Shown here: positions 28,993-38,213 of the stretch, piece by piece
How positions within the stretch are numbered: the first letter of the stretch is position 1
Layout: every line of letters begins with the position of its first letter
Assembly (NCBI GenBank): GCA_965248575.1
Contig: CBDFJQ010000002.1
Coordinates: 3,202,153-3,266,152 of the forward strand
DNA: 64,000 nt
Direction of reading: 5' to 3'
Source of the DNA: Planctomycetota bacterium
Lineage (GTDB): Bacteria; Planctomycetota; B15-G4
Notes under the pieces: model-generated
What the model was told of the DNA's origin: nothing
The model's database searches: none
The model's input: only the letters and a program-made list of their open reading frames with translations
Made by a program: the position numbers and the translations under genes

Positions 28993-29192
28993 GACGAACT
29001 CCAGGTGGCGCTGCGGAACCGCGCCCCTTCCATGGAACGCATGGTCAGGGTGCGAGTGGGTCGGGCCCATGGATCCGCGAAAGGGCGGGATTATAGGTGT
29101 GCGTCCCTCGTGATCGGAAGCGATCAGTCCCCAGCCGTTTCTGTGGACCAGGCCGCGTGGCGCAATCCCGCTCCACACCGCACAATCCCTGC

Positions 29193-30779
29193 ATGCCTGC
29201 CCCCTCCGCCGTGCCCACCTGCCTGCTCCTGCTCGCTCTTGGCCTGCTTGAGGTCCCTGAATCGGGCGGGGAAAGCCCCCCCGACCCCAAGGCGGGCTTC
29301 GCCCTGATCCAGGAGGACGACCTGCAGGGCGACCTCGAGATCCTGGCGGCTCCGGCCCTCGAAGGGCGGGACTCACCGAGCCTTGGCCTCACCCTCGCCG
29401 CCGAGTACATCGTTTCGCGCCTGCAAGCGGTGGGCTTCAAGCCGGCCCCCGGTTCGGAGAGTTTCCTGTCAGCGTTCTCGCGCGATCTTCCGAGCCCCGA
29501 GATCGAAGCCTGCTCGCTGTCGCTGACGAACGCAGAGGGAAACGAGACACCCTTCATCTACGGCGAGCACTTCGTGCCGGTCTGGAAGGCGGACGGGCAG
29601 GCAAGCGGCGAGCTCGTGGTGCTGGGCTTCGGCATCGATTCCGACTCTGACAAGTACGACGACATCACAGGCAAACTGTCGGGCAAGGTCGCCGTGATCC
29701 TCAGCGGCGAGCCGCGCCATCGGAAGAAGTTCGAGGGGCCTGATGTCACCGACGCGGCCGACCTCTACAGCAAGCTCCGCTCCTTGAAGAGCGCCGGACT
29801 CTCCGGCGTGCTCGTCGTACGTCGGCCGGTGGGCCACGAAGCAGGAGTCAACGGCGAGCCCATCCCCCAGCCGGAACGGCTCGGCTTCCGCCACACCTGG
29901 GCGACGTGGATCAACGAGCGCACCAAGAACACACGTGACGTGGGTCTGCCCGTGCTGGAGATCTCACCGGAGGTCGCAGAACAACTCACGGGCGTGGACC
30001 TGCTCGCGCGCGCCGCCGTGGTGGACAAGAAGGCCAAGCCGCCCAAGCCCATCTTCACGGAGCGTTCGGTGAGCATGAGCAGCGCTTCGGTCATGCGCAG
30101 CACGCCCATCGACAACGTCGTGGCCGTGCTTCCAGGCAGCGATCCAGGACTAGCCGATGAGTACATCGTGCTCGGCGCGCACTACGACCACATCGGCGTC
30201 GACACCCGGGGCCGGATCGGCTACGGCGCCGACGACAACGCCTCGGGCGTGGCAGCCCTGCTCGAAATCGCAGAGGCTCTCGCCAAGAACCCGCCCCGCC
30301 GCTCGATCATGGCCTGTGCCTTTGCCGCGGAGGAGGACGGCCTGGTGGGTAGCAAGGCCCTCTGCAGCAACCCACCGATTCCACGCGAGAAGATGGTGGC
30401 CATGCTGAACATGGACATGCTTGGCCGCGGCAAGGAAAAGGAAGTGGCGGTGCTGGGCGTGAACGAGAACCCCGGCTTCGAGAAGTTGCTCGAAAAAGCC
30501 CGCAAACAGCTGCCTACCAAGATCAAGAACATCGTGACCGGCCAGGGCCAGGAGCTCTTCGAGCGCAGCGACCACTTCCCGTTCCATGAGATCGGCGTGC
30601 CGGTGCTCTTCTTCTTCGAAGGCCTTCCTATCAGCAAGAACGAGGACTATCACACCTGGCGAGACACCCTCGACGAGGTCGATGTCGACAAGATCGCCAA
30701 GACGGCGCGGCTGGTGTTCAGCACGGCGTGGATGCTGGCCAACGACGACGAACGCCCCCCCAAGCCGCGCGGCAAATAG
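29193..30779 (+). CDS. M28 family metallopeptidase with an inserted PA domain
   Basis: It has a signal peptide. Zinc-ligand motifs are [45 protein letters not shown] and [12 protein letters not shown]. Confidence 0.85.
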   Translation: MPAPSAVPTCLLLLALGLLEVPESGGESPPDPKAGFALIQEDDLQGDLEILAAPALEGRDSPSLGLTLAAEYIVSRLQAVGFKPAPGSESFLSAFSRDLPSPEIEACSLSLTNAEGNETPFIYGEHFVPVWKADGQASGELVVLGFGIDSDSDKYDDITGKLSGKVAVILSGEPRHRKKFEGPDVTDAADLYSKLRSLKSAGLSGVLVVRRPVGHEAGVNGEPIPQPERLGFRHTWATWINERTKNTRDVGLPVLEISPEVAEQLTGVDLLARAAVVDKKAKPPKPIFTERSVSMSSASVMRSTPIDNVVAVLPGSDPGLADEYIVLGAHYDHIGVDTRGRIGYGADDNASGVAALLEIAEALAKNPPRRSIMACAFAAEEDGLVGSKALCSNPPIPREKMVAMLNMDMLGRGKEKEVAVLGVNENPGFEKLLEKARKQLPTKIKNIVTGQGQELFERSDHFPFHEIGVPVLFFFEGLPISKNEDYHTWRDTLDEVDVDKIAKTARLVFSTAWMLANDDERPPKPRGK

Positions 30780-30895
30780 CGGCGGCCACCACGCAACCCG
30801 AACTACGCCCGTCGGTTTGACAGCGCGACGGCGCGGAGCTTGCACTCGAGCCAGTACCCCGAGCGCCCGACCGACGCGGCCCTCGAGATGAAGTC

Positions 30896-32713
30896 GTGAA
30901 CCCTTGGACAGAATCCGTCTGCGCCCAGCGCGCGCGGCCCGCAGCACACCCACGGCTCTGGCTGGGCCTCTTGAGCGCCCTCGCCCTACTCGGCGCCTGC
31001 GCCCCGGCGGAAGCAGCGCCCCCCCTGCCAGAACCGGCATCGCCAATCACCAACTGGAGCGAGCTGGAACCCAAGAGTTCCCGAGTGAGCACGGTCGTCA
31101 TCTTCCCAACCCACGCTCAGCTGACTCGCACGCTTCAGGTCGAAGCCCAGGCCGGTGAGAATCGGCTGCTCTTCGGCGGTCTCGTACCAAACCTCGATCC
31201 CCAAACCTTGCGAGCCAGCGTGAGCGAGGGCGCCCGGGTCACCGGAACGGAGATCAAGACACTCCACTTGGAACAGTCGAGCACCGAACAGATCGCAGAC
31301 CTCGATCAGGCCATCCAGGATCTCGAGGACACTCTCACGGAGCGCGCCATGCAAGAAACGCGCGTCCAAGAACGCGCCGCTTTCTATCGCTCCGTGAAGG
31401 GCCGCCTTGCCAGCGACATGGAAGCCCAGTTCGTCGGCGGCAGCATTCCCGTGACCAGCTGGAGCGAGGTCCTGGGGTTCGTGGGCGACGGCCTCGCTGG
31501 GTGTGACAAGGAACTCGTCGAGATCGGACTTGAGCGGCGCTCCCTGCTCGGCCGACGGGACGCAGCCAGAGCGGAGCGCCAGGGCTACGCAGGGCTCGAA
31601 GCTCACACGGAGAAGCAGGTGGCCGTCACCTTCCAGGCCGAACAAGCGGGGCCCATGACCGTGAACGTGCACTACATGGTGTCGGACGTCATCTGGAAGC
31701 CCAGCTACGACGTGCACCTGGATCGCGCCACGGGCGCACTCGAAATCATCGGCTACGGACACATCAAGCAGTGGACAGGTGAGTCCTGGACGGATGTCGA
31801 TCTCTCGTTGGCGATGAGCCGACCGGATCACCAACTCGCACTGCCAGCCCTCACGCCCCTCGTCGCCAGTCTCGATCAGACCGCGCTCAGGAAGCTCGCC
31901 AAGGAGGCCTCCTTCCTCGGCCTCTCGAAGGGCCAGGCCGCCCAAAAATGGGCGGCCGGCCGGTTCGCCGGACGCCAGGACCGGGAGACCTTCCGACGCA
32001 ATCTCGAACAACTCGCGCGCTTGCCTCGGGATCGAATGACGGCCTTGGGCCTCAGCCCGGAGATTCTCGAGGAAGCCCTGTCTCACCTCATCAACCGCTT
32101 CTCTGGTGTTCGCTACCAGATTGCGCAGCGCGCCACGATTCCCTTCGACAGCTCGCCCCACAAGGTCGTGACCTTCGCGGCCCGTGTCCCTGCTCAGCTG
32201 CGCTACGTCGCCACACCCGCCCTCGGCGACACGGTCATGCTTCAGGCAGTGGCCACCAACTCCACGGGACACCCGATGCTGGCAGGCACGGCAGCGCTCT
32301 ATGTGGATGGCGCCTACGCGGGAGCCTCCGAACTCGGCGGCGCAGCACAGAACGAAGGCATCTCCTTCAGCTTCGGCCCCGACGACGCGCTGGTGGTGAA
32401 ACGCCGGCTGATCTCCCGAAGCGTCAAAGGCCCCGAAGCCTTCAGGCAATCACAGGTCCTGACGTACCACTACGCCATCACCGTCGAAAACTTCAACGAC
32501 CGGGACGTCGAAGTCCACGTCGTCGATCAGATCCCCATCAGCAAGACCGCCGAGATCCAGGTGAGCTTCCTGAACTCCACAGAACCCCACACCCTCTACC
32601 CAGAAACCGGCGCCCTCATCTGGAACCTCTCCATGCCCGCCGGCAAACGAACCGAAGTCGACTACTCGTTCAGCGTGGAATGCCCCATAGGCCAAGACGT
32701 CCACTGGCAATGA
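30896..32713 (+). CDS. DUF4140/DUF4139 domain protein (mucoidy-inhibitor MuiA-like family)
   Basis: 605 aa with a GTG start and a signal peptide. The N-terminus (VVIFPTHAQLTRTLQVEAQAGENRLLFGGLVPNLDPQTLRASV) is followed by a coiled coil, then a C-terminal part with YDVHLD and AHVVDQIPIS-type motifs. This is the architecture I recall for that family. Confidence 0.7.
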   Translation: MNPWTESVCAQRARPAAHPRLWLGLLSALALLGACAPAEAAPPLPEPASPITNWSELEPKSSRVSTVVIFPTHAQLTRTLQVEAQAGENRLLFGGLVPNLDPQTLRASVSEGARVTGTEIKTLHLEQSSTEQIADLDQAIQDLEDTLTERAMQETRVQERAAFYRSVKGRLASDMEAQFVGGSIPVTSWSEVLGFVGDGLAGCDKELVEIGLERRSLLGRRDAARAERQGYAGLEAHTEKQVAVTFQAEQAGPMTVNVHYMVSDVIWKPSYDVHLDRATGALEIIGYGHIKQWTGESWTDVDLSLAMSRPDHQLALPALTPLVASLDQTALRKLAKEASFLGLSKGQAAQKWAAGRFAGRQDRETFRRNLEQLARLPRDRMTALGLSPEILEEALSHLINRFSGVRYQIAQRATIPFDSSPHKVVTFAARVPAQLRYVATPALGDTVMLQAVATNSTGHPMLAGTAALYVDGAYAGASELGGAAQNEGISFSFGPDDALVVKRRLISRSVKGPEAFRQSQVLTYHYAITVENFNDRDVEVHVVDQIPISKTAEIQVSFLNSTEPHTLYPETGALIWNLSMPAGKRTEVDYSFSVECPIGQDVHWQ

Positions 32714-32754
32714 CCCTCACTGCTCGCCGACCGGCGGGGTAGGTCCACCGAGGA

Positions 32755-32859
32755 GGGGAGCCCTGAGGGCCGGGCACCTGGTCTGAAGCGAGTTTTGGAG
32801 GCATCAGCTCGCCTCCTTGTCTGAGCAGCAGACCAGGTGCCCGGCCCTCAGGGCTCCCC
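32755..32859 (+). repeat. 105-nt palindromic intergenic element, copy B (perfect 31-bp stem)
   Basis: Left arm is GGGGAGCCCTGAGGGCCGGGCACCTGGTCTG. Core is AAGCGAGTTTTGGAGGCATCAGCTCGCCTCCTTGTCTGAGCAG. The right arm is the exact reverse complement of the left. The core hairpin GGAGGC/GCCTCC carries a compensatory C-G to G-C change relative to copies A and C. It lies between the convergent gene ends at 32713 and 32868. Confidence 0.9.
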
Positions 32860-32867
32860 GGCCGCGT

Positions 32868-33092
32868 CTACCCCTGCCGATACTGCTCGCCAATGCCATC
32901 CACGAAGAACTCCACGCGCCCACACTCCGGGCAGACATAGACGTCAAACTTCTCGCGGTTGGTGAACAGCTCACCCAGTTCACCCAATGCGCCCCAACGC
33001 GTGCCTTCGTGAAACTTCTTGGTGCCCACGAAATCGAGAGCGCGCTCGCAACGGGGGCAACGCAGGGGGCTGTCGGGGTCTGGGCTCACCAT
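32868..33092 (-). CDS. small zinc-ribbon protein (74 aa)
   Basis: Sequence is MVSPDPDSPLRCPRCERALDFVGTKKFHEG...DVYVCPECGRVEFF, with two CxxC pairs. The longer 129-aa ORF includes an unlikely N-terminal extension. Confidence 0.55.
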   Translation of the reverse strand: MVSPDPDSPLRCPRCERALDFVGTKKFHEGTRWGALGELGELFTNREKFDVYVCPECGRVEFFVDGIGEQYRQG

Positions 33093-33150
33093 GGCTTCAT
33101 GTCCTTCGGGTCTTCGACTCTCGTCATCTTGCGCGAACTGGCCTGATCCG

Positions 33151-33567
33151 TCAGTGCGCGTCTTGGGCCTGGACCAGCTCCACGAGCACGCCGCCGGTGG
33201 ATGCCGGATGGACGAAGGCCACTGTCGTCCCGTGCGCACCTGACCGGGGTTTTTCATCGATCAGGCGTACGCCTGCCTCACGCATGCGCTCCAGCATATC
33301 GGCAATGTCGTCCACTTCGAAAGCGACGTGGTGCAGGCCCGGGCCGCGCTTCGCCAGGAACTTGCCCACGGGGTTCTCGCCCTCGTCGGGCTGCAGCAGC
33401 TCCACCGCCCCGGAACCGGCACCGAGGCGCAGCATGGCGACGGAGACACCATCGCTCGCCACGTGCTCGATGTGCTCCACGGGCAAGCCGAGCAGATCAC
33501 GCCAGAATTCCAGCACGGCTTCGTGAGCAGGGACCGCAACGCCGAAGTGGGACAGACGAGTCGCCAT
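33151..33567 (-). CDS. mce: methylmalonyl-CoA epimerase (VOC/glyoxalase fold)
   Basis: Motifs: LSHFGVAV, VAMLRLGAGSGAVELLQP, PVGKFLAKRGPGLHHVAFEVDDI, VAFVHPASTGGVLVELVQ. It lies 9 nt downstream of the mutase gene. Confidence 0.85.
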   Translation of the reverse strand: MATRLSHFGVAVPAHEAVLEFWRDLLGLPVEHIEHVASDGVSVAMLRLGAGSGAVELLQPDEGENPVGKFLAKRGPGLHHVAFEVDDIADMLERMREAGVRLIDEKPRSGAHGTTVAFVHPASTGGVLVELVQAQDAH

Positions 33568-33575
33568 GGGTCTTC

Positions 33576-35219
33576 TCAGAAGATGGACACGGGGGCGTGC
33601 TTGCCGAACACGCCTTCGAACTGGCCGCATACCTCGCCCACCGTCGCACCTGCTTCGACGGCTTCAAGAATGAGGGGCATCAGGTTCTGCTCGCCCTTGG
33701 CGGCATCCCGCAAGGCCAAGAGCGCGGCGTCGCAAGCGGAGCCGTCCCGGGCAGATCGCCAGGCGGCCAACTCTTCGCTGCGGCGCTCACCCAGCTGGTC
33801 GTCGACCTTCAGCAGGGGTTGCACGGCCTCCTCATCCACCGTGTAGCAGTTGACGCCCACGATGCGGCGCTCGCCCTCTTCGACGCATCGCTGGTGTTCG
33901 TAGGCAGCGCGATGGATCTGCTGCTGTTGGTAGCCCTCCTCCACGGCCCCCAGGGCCCCGCCCCGCTTGTCGACCTCGGCGATCAACTCACGCGCCTCGG
34001 CTTCGACGCGATCGGTCAAGGCCTCCACGAAGGGTGAGCCGCCCAGTGGGTCGATGGTGTGGGTGACGCCGCTCTCCTCGGCGATCACTTGTTGGGTCCG
34101 CAAGGCCAAGAGGGCTGCATCCGCCGTGGGCAAGCTCAAGGCCTCGTCACGGCTGTTGGTGTGCAGTGACTGCGTCCCACCCATCACGGCCGCCAGGGCC
34201 TGCAAGGTCACGCGCACGACGTTCACATCCGGCTGCTGGCTGGTGAGGGTCGAGCCTGCGGTCTGCGTATGGAAGCGCAAGCGCATGGCCGAGTCCTGCT
34301 TGGCTCCGAAGCGCTCCTTGAGCATCGTGGCCCACATTCGACGCGCCGCCCGGAACTTGGCCACCTCTTCGAAGAAGTCGTTGTGGGCGTTGAAGAAGAA
34401 GGACAACTGGCCCGCGAAGGCGTCCACGTCGAGCCCCCGATCCACGGCGCACTGCACATACTGCAAGCCATTCGCCAAGGTGAACGCCAGCTCCTGGGGC
34501 GCCGTGCAACCCGCCTCGCGCATGTGATAGCCGCTGATGGAGATCGGGTTGAAGCGCGGCAGTTCCTTGTTGCAGTACTCGATGACATCCGTCACCAGAC
34601 GCAGGGACGGGCCGGGCGGGAAACGGAAAGTGCCGCGAGCGATGTACTCCTTCAGCAGGTCGTTCTGCAGCGTCCCTCTCAGCTTCCCGGGGTCCACTCC
34701 CTGCCTGCGGGCCGCGGCCACCAGGAACGCCAGCAGCACCGGCGCGGTGGAGTTGATGGTCATGGAGACGCTGACATCGCCCAGCGGGATGCCCTGGAAC
34801 AAGGCCTCGAAATCACCCAGGCAGGCCACGGACACACCCACCTTGCCCACCTCCCCGGCGGCCAGATCAGCATCCGGGTCGTGGCCCATCTGGGTCGGCA
34901 GATCGAAGGCCACGCTCAGGCCGGTCTGCCCGCGATCGAGCAGGAAGCGGAAACGCGCGTTGGTCTCCTCAGCCGTGGAGAAGCCGGAGTACTGGCGCAT
35001 GGTCCACGAACGCCCGCGATACATGGACGGGTAGGGCCCGCGCGTGAAGGGGAATGCTCCAGGCATGCCCAGACCGTCGCCCGCCTCCGTTGGCACATAG
35101 AGCGGGTCGATCTCCAGGCCCGACGGCGTCCGCACCTCTCGTGGCGCGCCACTCGGGAGCGAGGGGCTGTAGGAATCCTTCAACCAGTTCTGCAGCGCCT
35201 CGGGATCAGTGTCGGTCAT
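33576..35219 (-). CDS. methylmalonyl-CoA mutase, catalytic (N-terminal) subunit without a B12-binding domain
   Basis: Motifs: FPFTRGPYPSMYRGRSWTMRQYSGFSTAEETNARFRFLLDRGQTGLSVAFDLPTQMGHD, INSTAPVLLA, ISISGYHMREAG, FFFNAHNDFFEEVAKFRAARRMWA. At 547 aa it ends before the position where the cobalamin-binding domain occurs in fused enzymes. Confidence 0.9.
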   Translation of the reverse strand: MTDTDPEALQNWLKDSYSPSLPSGAPREVRTPSGLEIDPLYVPTEAGDGLGMPGAFPFTRGPYPSMYRGRSWTMRQYSGFSTAEETNARFRFLLDRGQTGLSVAFDLPTQMGHDPDADLAAGEVGKVGVSVACLGDFEALFQGIPLGDVSVSMTINSTAPVLLAFLVAAARRQGVDPGKLRGTLQNDLLKEYIARGTFRFPPGPSLRLVTDVIEYCNKELPRFNPISISGYHMREAGCTAPQELAFTLANGLQYVQCAVDRGLDVDAFAGQLSFFFNAHNDFFEEVAKFRAARRMWATMLKERFGAKQDSAMRLRFHTQTAGSTLTSQQPDVNVVRVTLQALAAVMGGTQSLHTNSRDEALSLPTADAALLALRTQQVIAEESGVTHTIDPLGGSPFVEALTDRVEAEARELIAEVDKRGGALGAVEEGYQQQQIHRAAYEHQRCVEEGERRIVGVNCYTVDEEAVQPLLKVDDQLGERRSEELAAWRSARDGSACDAALLALRDAAKGEQNLMPLILEAVEAGATVGEVCGQFEGVFGKHAPVSIF

Positions 35220-35285
35220 GGGAACGCGCCTTCGTGTTGTGTGTCCGGCTGCCGCGCAGCGAGGGCAGCGCTCGGGCGTGAGAGC

Positions 35286-36305
35286 TCAGGCCTCTGCCGC
35301 GGCCTCTTCCAGAATCTCCACGAGCTCCGCCATGTCGGGCGGCAGCGGGGATTCGAACTGAACGTCTTGCCCCGTGCCCGGGTGCTCGAAAGCCAGGGTG
35401 CGAGCGTGCAGGGCCTGGCGCGCTATCGAGGGCGCCCGCTTGCCTTGCTCGGCGCGCTTCGCCACCCAGCGCCGCCAGGACTCCTGCTGGGTGACGCCGT
35501 AGTTCGGGTCGACGAGGATGGGGAAACCCAGGTGGTCCAGGTGCACCCGGATCTGATGCGTGCGCCCGGTGCGCGGCGAGACATCCAGGATGCTCGCCAC
35601 TCCGAGCCGCGCCTTCACCTCGTAGAAGGTCGAAGCGGCTTGCCCGCCTTCGCTCACCACGGCCCTGCGTTGCGGCTTCTTCGGGTGCACCCCCAACGGC
35701 AAGTCGATCCAGTCGCTGTCGAAGGGCATCTCGCCCCAAACCACGGCGCTGTACTGTTTGCGCACCTTCTTGGCCTTGAACTGGTTCACCAACGACTTGG
35801 CGGCGTCGTTGGTGCGCGCCACGACCATGACCCCCGTGGTCTGCCGGTCGAGCCGGTGCACGATGCCGGGCCGGTCCGCTCGACCCACCACGGCGAGCTC
35901 CGGATAGAGCTTCAGCAGGCCGTTGACCATGGTGCCGGTGGAGGCTCCGCTGCCCGGATGAATCACCAGACCCTCCGGCTTGTCCACCAGGATCACGGAT
36001 TCGTCCTCGTGAAGAATCTTCAGGCCCAGCTCCTCGGCCTCGGGCAGCCCGGTGGCCGCCACGCCCAATTCCCCCGCGATGACCATGCCCTCCATGACCC
36101 GAAGGGAGCCGCGGACCTCCTGCCCGTCGACCCGGATGGCACCCTCAGCGAGCAAGGCTGAGAGGTAGGAACGGGAGTAGTGAGGGGCCAATGCACGCCC
36201 CAGGGCCCGATCCACGCGCGATCCCGCCTGCTCGGCGGTCACCTCCAGGCGGAGGTGGCCCGTCTCATCGACGGACGTTGGGCGGGCCTGTTCAGCGGGA
36301 TCCAT
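35286..36305 (-). CDS. rluD: RluA-family 23S rRNA pseudouridine synthase (RluD-like)
   Basis: It has an N-terminal S4 domain (RVDRALGRALAPHYSRSYLSALLAEGAIRVDG). The catalytic motif is GIVHRLDRQTTGVMVVART. QIRVH is present. Confidence 0.9.
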   Translation of the reverse strand: MDPAEQARPTSVDETGHLRLEVTAEQAGSRVDRALGRALAPHYSRSYLSALLAEGAIRVDGQEVRGSLRVMEGMVIAGELGVAATGLPEAEELGLKILHEDESVILVDKPEGLVIHPGSGASTGTMVNGLLKLYPELAVVGRADRPGIVHRLDRQTTGVMVVARTNDAAKSLVNQFKAKKVRKQYSAVVWGEMPFDSDWIDLPLGVHPKKPQRRAVVSEGGQAASTFYEVKARLGVASILDVSPRTGRTHQIRVHLDHLGFPILVDPNYGVTQQESWRRWVAKRAEQGKRAPSIARQALHARTLAFEHPGTGQDVQFESPLPPDMAELVEILEEAAAEA

Positions 36306-36345
36306 GGGTGGGTGCCAGGTGAGGGAGTACAGAATTCCGGTCAGG

Positions 36346-36373
36346 TTGACAGTCTAGAGGCCTCTGTTACAGT
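36346..36373 (+). promoter_or_regulatory. candidate sigma70-type promoter (TTGACA - 16 nt - TACAGT) with an embedded palindrome
   Basis: A perfect -35 hexamer TTGACA lies at 36346-36351 and a -10-like TACAGT at 36368-36373. The spacer contains the palindrome AGAGGCCTCT. ACAGTCT occurs twice as a direct repeat, and AGTCTAG/CTAGACT form an inverted repeat reaching to about 36390. Confidence 0.4.
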
Positions 36374-36398
36374 CTCGCGGCCGCTAGACTACATTCAT

Positions 36399-36437
36399 GG
36401 AACCGGTTGGTTGTGTCCGACCGGGTCCGTTTTTTTT
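36399..36437 (+). terminator. intrinsic-terminator-like hairpin followed by a T8 tract
   Basis: GGAACCGGT (36399-36407) pairs with ACCGGGTCC (36420-36428), giving 8 of 9 pairs around a 12-nt loop. One G follows, then TTTTTTTT at 36430-36437. A T8 run is very unusual in this GC-rich window. Confidence 0.45.
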
Positions 36438-36546
36438 AGCAGGCTTCAGGTTTTTCAGGCCCTTATCACACGCCCCCGAAGGCGCCGATAAGACGCATGA
36501 GGAACAGCACCCCCGAGCGTCCCCGCCCCGAGGAGCCCAGCCCCAC

Positions 36547-38199
36547 GTGCTAGCCCCCCTCGCAGGTTTTCTTTCTGTGTTCGTTTGCGCCTCTGCTTGC
36601 GTCGTTGGCCAAGCAGCGCGCGCGCTTCCCAAAGCACAGAACGCACATGCACAACACGCCTCCCGGGCGCCCGTTCGCAGCGACCTCCAGAAAGAGGTCC
36701 GGCTGAACAGCGACCCGAACAATCCGGAGGCGCCCTACGGCATGGTGCTCATTCCGGCAGGCGACGTGATCATGGGCACCGACCCGGACCTGGTCCCCAA
36801 GCTGGGCCAGAACTTCCAGGCGCAGATGACTGAGATCGCTGCGGAAACGCCGCGCCACACGCGCGAGGTCGACCAGTTCTTCATCGACGCCAACGAGGTC
36901 ACGAACCTGCAGTGGAAGGTCTACCTGGACGCCACCGGCCGCGAACCATCTTCGGTGCTCGTCACCAACGGCTGGCCCAACAGCAAGATCCCTGATGGAC
37001 AGGACTACTTCCCCATCACATTGGTGAGCCTGCCCGAGATCGAGGAGTTCCTGGCCTGGGCCGGCAAGCGCTTGCCGACCGAAGCCGAGTGGACCCGGGC
37101 AGCACGTGGCGACGACAGCCGCAGCTACCCCTGGGGCGACAAGTGGAACTCCAAGGTCGTGAGCTATGGCGGCCGTTCACCCGCGCTGCCTGTGAGCGTC
37201 GACGAGTTCGAGAAGGGCGCGAGCCCCTTCGGCGTCGTCAACATGGCGGGCAACGTCTGGGAATGGGTAGACACCAACTACACCCCCTTCAAGGGTTTCG
37301 AGCCGATCCCGTTCAAGCTGAGCAAGCGCGAGGTCGTGCCGCTGACGCCTGAGTTCGACTCTCGTCGCTACGTCATCAAGGGCGGCTGCTACGTCTCCAC
37401 CCGCGACATGTCGCGCATCGACTACCGCGTCAGCGTCGACCCCAATGACGCGGACGCCGGCCTCGGTTTCCGGACGGCACGCTCCGTGCACGCCGGCGCC
37501 GAAATCATCCGCAGTAGCTACCGCCGCCTGCTCCCCTCCGCCATCACCGGCGAGGACATGCTGGACAAGACCGACATCTTCGCCCAGGAGCGCGCCTCCT
37601 ACCTCGAGGGCAGCGACGGCCGTATCATTTCCGGCTTCCGCTACCTCGGCTTCGCCCACCCCAAGCCGCTTCGCCAAGCGGGCCTCTCACGCATACGCAA
37701 GTCCTCCAAGGACGAGCCGGTGACCCTGGGCCTGCTCACCACGAGCGAGCCCCTAGCTGAGCCACCGCTCCCGCCCGGTGACTACGTCGTCGCCTTCAAG
37801 GGGCGCGGCGAATCCAAGAAGCACAAGGAAGCACGGCGCAACAGGAGCAAGGACAAGAAGAAGGACGACGACGCGGAAGCCCCCCCCGCACCGCCCGCTC
37901 CCAATGGGGATAGCGGCAGTCTAGCTCCCTGGCCCTTCGCCGTGGACGACGTCGTCGAGGACATCGAGTTCGACCAGGACATGGATGTCTTCCTCTTCTA
38001 CAACGTCAACAACGCCGTGGTCGGCTGGACCCTCGCCGGTGAAATCACCGAATCCGCCTTCGCACCCGTGACGCACGAGGTGGATGCCGAGGGCAAGAAG
38101 TGGGACATCGCTTTCAGCCTCGACGTGGTCAGCAAGCGCGTCCCGCGCTTTACGCTTCCCATCAAGGTCGCGGGTCCTGGGCTCGGCACTCCTGACTGA
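36547..38199 (+). CDS. formylglycine-generating enzyme (SUMF1/FGE-sulfatase) domain protein with a ~220-aa C-terminal extension
   Basis: Motifs: MVLIPAGDVIMG, PRHTREVDQFFIDANEVTNLQW, LPTEAEWTRAARG, YPWGD, GVVNMAGNVWEWV, IKGGCYVS, GFRTARS. The start is uncertain. GTG at 36547 gives the signal-like VLAPLAGFLSVFVCASAC. The ATG at 36397 would include the hairpin/T8 region and AT-rich codons. Confidence 0.8.
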   Translation: MLAPLAGFLSVFVCASACVVGQAARALPKAQNAHAQHASRAPVRSDLQKEVRLNSDPNNPEAPYGMVLIPAGDVIMGTDPDLVPKLGQNFQAQMTEIAAETPRHTREVDQFFIDANEVTNLQWKVYLDATGREPSSVLVTNGWPNSKIPDGQDYFPITLVSLPEIEEFLAWAGKRLPTEAEWTRAARGDDSRSYPWGDKWNSKVVSYGGRSPALPVSVDEFEKGASPFGVVNMAGNVWEWVDTNYTPFKGFEPIPFKLSKREVVPLTPEFDSRRYVIKGGCYVSTRDMSRIDYRVSVDPNDADAGLGFRTARSVHAGAEIIRSSYRRLLPSAITGEDMLDKTDIFAQERASYLEGSDGRIISGFRYLGFAHPKPLRQAGLSRIRKSSKDEPVTLGLLTTSEPLAEPPLPPGDYVVAFKGRGESKKHKEARRNRSKDKKKDDDAEAPPAPPAPNGDSGSLAPWPFAVDDVVEDIEFDQDMDVFLFYNVNNAVVGWTLAGEITESAFAPVTHEVDAEGKKWDIAFSLDVVSKRVPRFTLPIKVAGPGLGTPD

Positions 38200-38213
38200 G
38201 CTCGGCTGAGGGC

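Noticed and set aside
36397-36546. The ATG at 36397 as the start of the FGE-like gene, as in the ORF track.
   Set aside because: This would make the hairpin and T8 tract coding (..GPFFLAGFRFF..) with AT-rich codons atypical for the genome. The signal-peptide-like segment begins only at the GTG at 36547. This remains uncertain.
36547-38199. A functional link between the FGE-like gene and the two sulfatase-like genes in the window, as a sulfatase maturation system.
   Set aside because: Both sulfatase-like proteins lack the C/S-x-P-x-R formylglycine motif (they have TWPST/TWPAT), so they are not plausible FGE substrates. The genes are also more than 27 kb apart.
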